The notes under the pieces were generated by a model. That model worked only from the letters and a program-made list of their open reading frames with translations. It ran no database searches and was not told where the DNA came from. A DNA stretch of 64,000 nucleotides from the NCBI RefSeq assembly GCF_006345805.1, contig NC_043005.1:39122001-39186000 (forward strand). The letters run 5' to 3'. Source of the stretch: Octopus sinensis. Its lineage: Eukaryota. A program made the position numbers and the translations under genes. This document shows, piece after piece, positions 53,745-64,000 of this stretch; position 1 is the first letter of the stretch; each line of letters starts with the position of its first letter.

Positions 53745-54249
53745 TACATATATACATACATGCATATATATATATACATACATGCATATGTATATATATA
53801 TAATATATATATATTTATATATATAATACATATGTGTGTGTATAATGATCTAGACTTTTATTCGTATATGTCTTGTATGCCTGCACGAGCTGTACATTTT
53901 CTTTTACATCTGGTTCTTTCTGACATTTGCTACAATTTAAAGACACTGATTTTCTTTTGTGTTCCTCGTGATTCCAAGTCTATTTTCAACAATGAAGAAT
54001 TGGTGTGTCGACGCAATCAACTTATGGTGTCCATTATGCACGTTTCATAACATCTTTGCTATATATTTTTTTTTATTTTGTCGGTGAAAATATATACATA
54101 ATAATAAAGGATTGTCCAAGACGTGAATTAAAACTAAACTTATTTCAGAATGTATTCAATAACCAGTAAGTGAAATTGAATGAATTTCATCGACTTTGCT
54201 AACAAACTTTGATTCTGTACGAAGTTTCAGAATTCGTTGAAAAGGGCCA

Positions 54250-54355
54250 TAACATAATATATAAATATATATAAACACACGCACACGCACATACACATAT
54301 ATATATATATACATATATATAAACACACGCACACGCACATAAATATATGTATATA

Positions 54356-54427
<72 letters not shown>

Positions 54428-54860
54428 ATATATATGTATATATATATGTATGTATATTTGTATGTATGTATATATGTATGTGTGTGTATATATGTAGATA
54501 TATGAATGTATGTGTGTGCATGTGTAGGTATGTATGTAAGTAAGTAGCTAAGTAGGTAGGTATGAAGGTAGGTAGGTAGGTAGGTAGGTAGGTAGGTCTG
54601 AGACCAAATATATATGCATGTACACAATAGCAGCCTAATACACTTATACGTGCAGATACATTTATATGTGTACACTCACACATACATGAACACAGATACA
54701 TATATATATATATATATTCATGAGTGAATGCATGATGTATGTATATGCATGTATATATATATATACAGATGTTTGTAAATATATACATATATAGATAGAT
54801 ATATAGATATATAGATAGATAGATAGATATAGATATACATATATAGACACACAGACACAC

Positions 54861-54905
<45 letters not shown>

Positions 54906-55100
54906 GTGTATCTATGTATTTATGTATGTGTGCGTGTTATACATAAGTATGTATAGATACATACATGCACACATTTATGTATATATACATATATTTATAC
55001 ATGCACACATATATATACATATATATGTATATACGCATACATACATATGTGTGTGTGTGGGGGGTGTGTAATATATGTATATATATGCAAGCAGATGTTT
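54250..55100. repeat. Compound (TA)n/(TATG)n/(TAGG)n/(TAGA)n microsatellite field
   Basis: Direct inspection. Confidence 0.9.
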
Positions 55101-57217
55101 CTGTGCACTTAAAGTAGTTTCATGCACATATATATTAGACGTTAAATTTTTATTCCATACCACGAACGCACTCTCGTACACACACACACGCTTTCACACA
55201 AACACACGCGCGCGCACACACACACATATACATACACATACATATCAATGCATATATACACATACACACACGTCACACACATGCATACATTGACAGGACA
55301 TATACTGTAGCACTCGCAGAAACACACACACACACACAGACTTTAACAATAACAAAACAATTCTTGCTGTTTTCATTTATTTCTGTGTAATCGACAAAAA
55401 CAGCTACTAACTCACACATACACACAAGTGCATACGCACATACACACACACATTCTGCACACATATGCACACATACACATGCTCGAATGCACACACGTAT
55501 ACGCAAACTGATAAATGGTAAAGATTTTAAAATATTATGAGAAAAATATTTATTTATGACTGTGAGAAACTGATTGAAAGTATATTTCAAATGACAAAAC
55601 GAGGTGAAAATTTTCGAAAATTATTGTTTAATCTCTGATAACTGCTTTATTTGAGAATCTACTTAATTGTAGCTATCTGTGAATTCCCCATGAAAACGCA
55701 AATTAACTGCAGTATTTTTCCGGAGATAATTTCACTCATGGACACACTGCTTTCAAAGATGAAAATGATAGATGCGTATTTCTGTCTTTCTTGGTTTTGT
55801 CAGTAGTATGTACTCACTATTAATGACATGCCAACACTATATCCGTCGATACCGATACAGACAAACAGTGATTTAAAAAATCACCGATGTTGCAACTAGC
55901 CACCGGGTTATATAAATATCATTAAATACACCGAAAGCAGAAGGGCGCACATTGCATGTAGCACTCCCTCAACCGCTGCTTCACAGCTTAGCCTCTTGTT
56001 TTTAAACTCACTACATCCAAAAGAAATATTGTCTCCAGACGAATACCGTAGTAAATTTCCCTTCCTGTGATGATTTTGCCCTAAGGTTGATATGCTGGTG
56101 GTTATTCTAATCTGATACTGTTACTGTTATACTTAATGGTCACATTGTCCTGTCTGAAGTCAATAAAAATAGTGCAACATTAGCATCCAAATATTTAGTA
56201 AGGTTTGTAGTTTTCTAAATGAACTCTTTTCATGGGTAATCTCTTTGCTAGTTTTCTATTATTATTTCAGCTGCTATAGGGGTGAGCTTTTAGAAGTGTT
56301 GGAACGTCAGAAAAAATTCCTAGCAGATCATCCGGCTTGATGTTCTGAATTCAAACGTCACTGAGTTCGACTTTCATCTCCTTTCGGGGTCATTAAAATA
56401 AAGTACCAATGATGTAGTGGACTCAATTTAATCAACTAACCTCTCCTATCAAACATGCCATAACTTGAAATAATATTGTTGCTTCAAGAGCAACCTTGTT
56501 GGCTTCGTCGAGGTGAAGTTTTCGGTTCCATAAATTCTGAGTTGAAACCCTGCCGAACTCAAATTTACTTACTATCTTTTCAGTAACGAGAAAATAAGTG
56601 AAGTATCGGCGTTAATGATATGCACTAACTCTCGCCATCAGAAATGTTGGCTTTTTGCTTAAATTAGGAACAAATTATTATTGATATATTTTGAGTGTGG
56701 CTGTTTGCTCAAATAAACAAATCCGCAGGTCTTTCAATATATTAATGAAAAGCCACTTCTGAAGTGTGATTTTTCAAAAGAAAATACACCACGTATTAGG
56801 ATGCCCGACACAAGATCCGACAAATTTTATATGTAAACGTATTAATGTGACTGAACGTCTCTATATGTACCTAGCTACCGAATAGCAAACCCTACAAAGA
56901 AACGCACTATGTTCATCTTATGAACTAGCATTAGGTGTCGAAGGAAATGCGAAAAAAATTGCAGATTACAACAAAACAAACTGGGTCAGTGTACCGAAAA
57001 GTATCTTCACTCCTCCAATCCCACAAATACAAGAACAGAATATTGCATTCACCTCAGGAGCAGGGTGAAGCATCAGGCGCAGGTGTAGAAACCGGCAAAA
57101 CGCTATAGAACAAAAACAGTGATGTGCTAGGATGAGAAGAGAGTAGGAACAGTAGCGAAAAAAGAAGGATCAGTAAAAATAACAGGAGCATCAAAAGCAG
57201 TAGCAGAACCAGGAGGC

Positions 57218-57293
<76 letters not shown>

Positions 57294-57499
57294 CAGCAGT
57301 GTGCTCATAACGTACCATAGTAATTTCATTTGAGTGGAATAGAGAAGCTAACAAATGTCTGAAGTGATGTTGATCGTCATCCATCACATCCTTAGATTGC
57401 TGTCTCCTTCATATTACTCCTACGAACAACACATTATCATTATTTTTATTATTAGTAGTAGTATCATTATAATTATCATCACTATCATCACCATCATCA

Positions 57500-57541
<42 letters not shown>

Positions 57542-58241
57542 TATTATTATTATTATTATTATTATTATCCTTTCTTCTTCAAGGAAACCGTATTATTTTT
57601 GCGTGGTTTGTAATAAATTACAGTGAAAAGGTTCGACTTTAAAGATAATAATTATAACCTGTTGACACAAAAGTATCATGCAACCATAAATATTTTCGAC
57701 AATTCCTTGTAATTGCTTAAGTTTCGCTCGTTAAAATACCTCACTTCATCTCACTGCACCAATACAATGTCAATCACCGCACAAACCATCGCCATTACCC
57801 AGCATTGCCTATCGTTATTAAGCTGTAATCAACTTGATGTCTTCGAAACAAATTGTTTCCATTCATATTTCATGAAACTCTAATTAATCAAGAAACACGG
57901 TGTATTTACGTTTATAATAACGTACAATAACTATTTCAGTCAGATGGTTGTTGGCAAATTCTAGACATTTATTACTCATACACACCTTTCGATGATATTT
58001 CATTAGGAAAGTAACACTGAACTCTAATTTCATTTTATTCTCTGTACTTCTCTCTCCTCCTCCTCCTCCTCCTCCTCCCATTTTCTCCCAGTCACTTCCT
58101 TTCCTTCTCACTCTCTTCTTTGTCTGTCTTTGTCAAGCGTATTGTATATCTGTATATATGTTCTGGGAATGCGGAGTTTTACGCTGGCACCCTCTCCACA
58201 TAAGGCAGAGTATACTAATAAATTGATTCATTAATACTCCT

Positions 58242-58284
<43 letters not shown>

Positions 58285-58454
58285 ACACAATATATATTGT
58301 AGAAATCGATCAATTGATAGTCAGATAGACAGACAGAAACAGAGAAAATGAGAGATTTAAAATGAACGTGTGTTCACTTCTTTCGTTTCTATTTATTTGT
58401 CTTGTTCGAAATTATATATATATATATTTATGTGTGTATGTGTGTGTGTGTATA

Positions 58455-58504
<50 letters not shown>

Positions 58505-58744
58505 GAGGGAATGGTCGTTTATATCAACTGGTTGATTTATATCGAGAATTGCTCTATACACCTTAATGTTACCTTTTCGTAAATGTTTGGTCAACTGAGG
58601 AAAAAGTGTCATACATTTGTTGGACGTAAGATTTTCTTTCCTAAGGTATATTTTCTTCGTGTTTACAATGCAATTCATATGACCCATCGATTTCCTGAAA
58701 TACGTTCAGTGATTCGTACGTTTGTGACCAAATGTCAGTTAGGT

Positions 58745-59236
58745 ATTTATCGTGTCGTTTTTGTAACATATTTTAACTGCTATATTGCTATTAACTTTGA
58801 TACACAGTATGCTGTGTTTTGTTAATTGTTTAATGACCTATCCCACTTTGTATGATTAGGGCTTTTCTATTAAGTACACCATGTGTTTGGTTTGTGTGCT
58901 TTCACTTAACTAATAATCAAGACCATGATTAAGTGTGTGGTTAAGAAGGTCGCTTTGATTTCGGTTTCAGTCCCACTGTACCGCATACTGGGTAATTAAT
59001 TTCGTAGACTGAAAGCCCGCTATATATATATATATGATTAACCACACACTTAATCATGGTCTTGATTATTAGTTAAGTGAAAGCACACAAACGAAACACA
59101 TGGTGTACTAAATAGAAAAGCCCTAATCATACAAAGCGGGATAGGTCATTAAACAATTAACAAAACACAGCATACTGTGTATCAAAGCTAAAATATGTAT
59201 AACAGTTAAATATGTTACGAAAACAACACGATAAAT
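58745..59236. repeat. Inverted repeat, ~200-bp arms (58745-58944 / 59038-59236), 93-bp spacer
   Basis: Inner ~145 bp differ at about 3 positions, outer ~55 bp more diverged; spacer is a decayed SINE head plus (TA)n. Confidence 0.95.
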
Positions 59237-59660
59237 GACGCCACCCCGCTGGCTAAGCGAGCAGGCCAACAGAAGAAAGAGTGGTGAAAAAGTACAGCAG
59301 GGATCACCTCCCCCTGCCGGAGTCTCGTGGAGTTTTTAGGTGTTTTCGCTCAATAAACACACAACGCCCGGTCTAGTGGTTAGGGCAGCGGACTCGCGGT
59401 TGCAGGATCGCGGTATCGATTCCCAGACCGGGCGTTGTGTGTGTTTATTGAGCGAAAACACCTAAAAGCTCCACGAGACTCCGGCAGGGGGTGGTGATCC
59501 CTGCTGTACTCTTTCACCACTCTTTCTCCCACTCTTTCTTCTGTTGGCCTGCTCGCTTAGCCAGCGGGGTGGCGTCATGCGAAGGCTAAAACAATGCGAA
59601 CGCATTGTGACCAGCGATGTGTAACAACATCTGATGGTCTGGTTGGTCACGTGATCACGT
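59237..59660. mobile_element. tRNA-derived SINE (59375-59660, +) preceded by an inverted partial copy of itself (59237-59374, -)
   Basis: AGTGGTTAGGGCAGCGG...GTATCGATTCCCAGACCGGG A/B boxes; 59237-59374 is the reverse complement of ~59421-59577 with a 12-bp indel and few substitutions. Confidence 0.85.
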
Positions 59661-59815
59661 GATATATATGTATTTATGTATTTATGTTAATGTATATGTA
59701 TATTCATGTATGTACATATATGTACGTGTGTGTGAGTACCCATATAGCAGCAGCAGTGCTATGCAGTGAGTAGGAATAAGCGAATTTTAGGCGTAGAGAT
59801 GCCATTTACACTCAC

Positions 59816-59897
59816 AGCTTTCCTAGGCGGTATTCCAGGCGGTATTCCAGGCGGTATCCCAGGCGGAATATTCTTGGTCACCAGAAGAGAGCTAACC
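59816..59897 (-). CDS. Candidate 82-nt internal exon encoding VSSLLVTKNIPPGIPPGIPPGIPPRKA
   Basis: Acceptor GTTTCTTCCCAG, donor GCT/GTGAGT, one open frame of three, repeat variation synonymous; no homology recognised. Confidence 0.3.
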
Positions 59898-60140
59898 CTG
59901 GGAAGAAACGCGCGTCATGGAATCCGATAGGGGGTAAATGCTAAGCAGATATAGTGTTTTTACATCTTTTACCACAAGAGAGAGTTTTTCTTCATGGTAA
60001 CCACTGTGAGTTATCCTTTAGAAGTTAAGAGGTTAAAATAAGTCACAAACGCATTTTAACTAACTTAAAGTTCATGTATATATATAGGGAGAATTCACAA
60101 AAAAAAGACGAAAACAGGTGGTATAGATAACAAACAGATG

Positions 60141-60231
<91 letters not shown>

Positions 60232-61437
60232 TCAATAAATGGTGGGGTTGTGTTGACCGCACGTGGAGAAATGATAAGTAAGGAAACATTTTTTTTAAAA
60301 ATGCAGAATGCTCAAATGAAAGAAAATTTTAATAAAATGAGAAATTGATAAAATATATAAATATATATTTATTCAACCGGTTTTCGTCATTGTATGACTT
60401 GTCAAGAATATTTATGTTTTAAGAAGTTTTTTAAAAATTAGAAAGGGGAAAAAAAGAAAATTGCATTGTTTTTTGTTAAAGAATAATGATAAAAATGTAC
60501 AAAATTAAAAAATAAGTTCTCCGATACATTGTGAGTTCGTTGTGTATCTTGAGTTTTATGGTTGTTTACGAAAAAATTACCTTGAGGTGTTAAGATCCAA
60601 AGGGATTAAGAGCATGTGTTGTGTTGTGTTGTTAAATTCAGCATGTTTGCAGGACAGGAAGTAGTAGTAATTGTGGTCCTGGTTCTTCAGTTCCTGTGTT
60701 GTGAGTAAGGGGAGACAACTCTTTTGAGTTCTTCAATAAAACCCAAATTATAAAACTATCATTTTAGCTTCATTTGCATTATCTTTTTTATATAATTGCT
60801 TGTTAACTTAACTTTCAGATTTTAAACACTTTATTTATATTATTTTCTAATAATATAAATCTGCATAGACAATTGCATTTCAAATTGTCATATCATTTAT
60901 AATAAAAATGATAGTAATAACAACAATAGTAAAAATGATATTTAAAGAATATAAGTTTTAGCTTGAAGTGATGAATGCATGGTATCTTTATATATTTGTG
61001 TTAGTCCATCCATGAAGAGTGAGGTAGAGAAAGGAAGTTTGATCAACGAGGAGTTTGCATATTAAGTTGTGTTTGGAATTTTTCAATAAAGAGATTCTCC
61101 TTGTTAATTCTCTCCTGTGTGGTGATCCCGTCTTTACATTGGTAGAAGGGGAATATATAGAATTTGGGGTTAACACTGGGGAGCAGGCTTTTTATCTGAT
61201 ATTGGAGACATGTTTCCTACTAACTCTGGGGTAATGATTTCAAAAATGAAATGCGTTTTGCTCTATCACGTTAAGTTTTCAACAAACTCGGGAAAAAATA
61301 TATATTTATGTCCATACAGATATATGTCCATACACACACACACACGCACACGCATGTATATATAGAATTTCATAACACTTATCACAAATTTATTATTCAG
61401 ATGTATCATCTATTTATTAATCATGTACATGCATATG

Positions 61438-61655
61438 ATTGATTGATTGATTCTAGTTTCAGCTCACGAGCTGTGGCCATGCTGGGGCACCGCCATTGTT
61501 GTGGTGAAAGAGTACAGCAGGGATCACCACCATCCCCTGCCGGAGCTTCGTGGAGCTTTAGGTGTTTTCGCTCAATAAACACTCACAACGCCTGGTCTGG
61601 GAATTGAAACCGTGATCCTACGATCGCGAGTCCGCTACCCTAACCACTGGGCCAT
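61438..61655 (-). mobile_element. SINE head fused to the CR1/L2 LINE 3' tip
   Basis: 61498-61655 matches the SINE head at 46180-46356 and 59375-59520; 61438-61497 matches 51763-51818 with 2 mismatches. Confidence 0.8.
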
Positions 61656-62666
61656 GTATGTCTTTAGGTTCAAATTCTCTCAACCGTGCGATTACCCACT
61701 GCAGCCCCAGTGTGACCTTCAGCTGCAGTTCTATAGGGAATCAAAGTAACTCTTTATTAAACAGGTAATCCTCTCTAACTTTTCACTAGCTATGTCGTGA
61801 ATCCCGCTTTCCTGACGACTCCGTTGCCTACATGATGGGGAAGAGAAAATGAATCCAGGAGCGTTGAACAAGCACAGAAAATTAGCGGTGAGTTGATACT
61901 TTTAACACGGCTTAACTATAGTCGTTCATAGTGCAATGAATTAACAATGGATAGACAGACTGGGAAAACAGCAATGAAGGAGGGAAGAGAAAAGGGAGTT
62001 AGGAAATAATTTGGAAGAATGGTTCGATGCGTTGATGCATTAATAATAAGTGATACATTTTAAGCTCCGTTAACAGTAACATCGGCTTATTTATATAATT
62101 ATATATACTGTCACGGCTAATTTCTGGAACAGGGAGACGCCTGAAGTTATGAAGCACACTCAATGTAAATTTATTGCTCAAATGCATATGTATATGTGTG
62201 TGTGTGTGTGTGTGCGCGCGCACTCGTGTTTTATGTGTGTGTATGTGTGTGTACGATTTCTGAAATTTTAAAGTATTTGAAATTTTCCTGAAGGGAAGAA
62301 ATTATTTTCTAACATATAGAAAGCTCTATCGCTGGAATGTATATCGCAAAAAAACAACGACATATTTTGAAGTAGAGGTAAAACTTGCATATATTTACAG
62401 TTCTTATTACAGACCGTATCTGTAGTGTACGAGATAACTGCGGGGTCGTTACATTTTTCTTTCCTAAAGACTCCTTTTGAGGATAACAACACTGTACAAC
62501 AGTGGCAAAGACTGCTTTATAACAGTGGCGACGAGGATAAACCAACTAGAAGAGGGGCTAATAAACTCACGAAGTTGGTGTACGAATTTTACGAAAAACT
62601 CTATAATTATGGAAAATTTACATTATTTACATTTGTCGGATATTTATCCTTATCTTGTTTGTTGTT

Positions 62667-62712
62667 AACACAACGTTTCGGCTGATATACCTTCCAGCCT
62701 TCATCAGGTGTC
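62667..62712 (-). ncRNA. Minimal type I hammerhead ribozyme, core intact
   Basis: GACAC-CTGATGA-A-GGCTG-GAAGGTATAT-CAGCC-GAAA-CGTT-GTGTT on the minus strand. Confidence 0.8.
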
Positions 62713-62810
62713 TTGTGGAAATTTCGAACTGCATTCTCATTCCTGAGGTACTTTTCGATTTTTCGATGATGTTGTTGTTGTTATTGTTGTTGCTGTTGTT
62801 GTTATTGTTA

Positions 62811-62877
<67 letters not shown>

Positions 62878-62879
<2 letters not shown>

Positions 62880-62953
62880 TCACTGTCTGAAATCACACTT
62901 GGAATCTTGGCGTTAGTAGCCCGCGCTCTTAACCACTAAGATATATGCCCGTG
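62878..62953 (-). promoter_or_regulatory. tRNA-derived segment (A-box/B-box-like) inside the Penelope terminus
   Basis: Minus strand GGGCATATATCTTAGTGGTTAAGAGCGCGGGCTACTAACGCCAAGATTCCAAGTGTGATTTCAGACAGTGACCT; sister copy at 4050-4106 (-) has a clean B-box GAGTTCGATTCC; resembles tRNA-Thr by eye; acceptor stem does not pair, so not a tRNA gene. Confidence 0.65.
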
Positions 62954-62970
62954 GGCAATTATGGAGTGAA

Positions 62971-63600
62971 TTTTAGGGTTTATAAATCTAATATTTTTCT
63001 ATCCTTCCTTAATACCGGTTCCCATATGCTACTCATATTTGCACTCGGTCTGCTTAGGAGGTTGTTCTCTCCTAGCATATGTGCTGCTTCTTTTAGCTTT
63101 CGTATTTTCCAGTAGTGTTCTCTGTCTATTATTTTAACTTCATCCCACAAGGGGAGGTGGTCTCCATTTTTCTATAGATGATCAGCTATACCCGATTTAT
63201 CAATATCTCCTCGTGTCACAGCTTTGCGATGTTCGTATACCCTTATTTTGAGGGGGTGGCATGTTTCGCCTTTGCATAACCTACCACAGCTGCATGGGAT
63301 GGAGTACATGCAGTCTTTGGTCATTTTGTCTTCTATTGGTGGTTTACTCGAAGGAGATATTTGCGAAGTGTAGTATTGCTCTTGATGTCATATGGGCCGT
63401 ATATCTTTTGCATCTTTTCGGAGAGGTCTTTCACATAGGTTAGACAGACTGTGGGCCGTTTATTGGTTTCATCCTCTCTTTTCTTCATAATTGGAGTGGA
63501 GAGTATGTTTTGGGGGGTAATTGTTGCTTAATAGATTGTTATTGAACTTGATCATTTCTTCGTTGTGTGTATCACGATCGCTACTTATATTCTTTGCTCG
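62971..63600 (-). pseudogene. Penelope-like GIY-YIG endonuclease remnant (frameshifted)
   Basis: Manual translation gives CMYSIPCSCGRLCKGET...GDHLPLWDEVKIIDREHYWKIRKLKEAAHMLGENNLLSRPSANMSSIWEPVLRKDRKILDL*, matching the VYxIPCxCGxxYIGET...W..VKI..E....RK.KEA pattern of Penelope endonucleases. Confidence 0.85.
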
Positions 63601-63692
63601 ATGTTTTAGGCACTGAGCAATAATAATAATAAAAATAATAATAACATCGAAAAATACCTTAGGAATGAGAAACCAAATACGAAATTTCTCCA

Positions 63693-63738
63693 AACACCTG
63701 ATGAAGGCTGAAGGATATATCAGCCGAAACGTTGTGTT
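63693..63738 (+). ncRNA. Minimal type I hammerhead ribozyme, core intact
   Basis: AACAC(63693-97) CTGATGA(63698-704) A GGCTG AAGGATATAT CAGCC GAAA(63726-29) CGTT GTGTT(63734-38); predicted cleavage after 63733. Confidence 0.8.
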
Positions 63739-64000
63739 AACAACAAACAATATGAGGACAAATACCCAACAAATGTAAATTATGTAAATAATGTACCTAA
63801 TTCCTCATCTCTTAAATATAGAACTGTATTATGGAAAATGTGTTTGTTGGAGTTGCAAAAGCAGCAACAACAACAGCAACTGTAAGAACAACAGCAGCAG
63901 ATACAACTGCAAGAGCAACAACAGAAGCAACAGCACTTAATATTACTTCAATAAATGTTGCAATTACTGTAGTAACCAGAAAATTCAGAAAAGGTATTCT

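Larger units (their letters stand above)
62618..63827. mobile_element. 5'-truncated Penelope-like element (minus-strand GIY-YIG remnant + tRNA-like segment + (AAT)n + hammerhead) with an inverted plus-strand terminal copy
   Basis: GIY-YIG remnant 62971-63600 (-); terminus 62618-62965 (-); second terminus ~63617-63827 (+); direct repeat ATTATGGAAAAT at 62606-62617 and 63828-63839. Confidence 0.85.

Noticed and set aside
60560-61260. Possible decayed I/Jockey-group LINE (RNase H region) on minus strand
   Set aside because: Only faint motif resemblance; too degenerate to support.
62878-62953. Functional tRNA gene
   Set aside because: Acceptor stem does not pair and ACT anticodon position is atypical; treated as tRNA-derived.

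Overview
AT-rich eukaryotic (animal) genomic DNA dominated by microsatellites and transposable-element debris; no CRISPR array, rRNA, intact tRNA or confidently identifiable host gene. The repeat complement (several tRNA-derived SINE families, dense (TA)n/(CA)n/(AAT)n/(GAT)n arrays, R4/Dong, CR1/L2-group and RTE LINE fragments, Penelope-like elements, Tc1/mariner and Tigger fossils) resembles a coleoid cephalopod (Octopus) intron or intergenic region; the taxon is my inference. Most long ORFs in the supplied track are translated microsatellites. Most notable: (i) a Penelope-like terminus built of tRNA-derived Pol III head + (AAT)n + minimal type I hammerhead ribozyme, present at two loci (3.8-4.5 kb, 62.6-63.8 kb), each an inverted pair bounded by a 12-bp direct repeat; (ii) degenerate hammerheads of other Penelope families; (iii) several fold-back/inverted duplications (16.4 kb, 17.6-19.8 kb, 58.7-59.7 kb), some possibly assembly artefacts; (iv) a nest of (TAA)n-embedded R4/Dong fragments plus three copies of a non-coding ~500-550 bp passenger element; (v) an unidentified coding-like tandem duplication at 4.65-5.16 kb; (vi) a few weak splice-flanked exon candidates. 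All alignments, translations and folds were done by eye.
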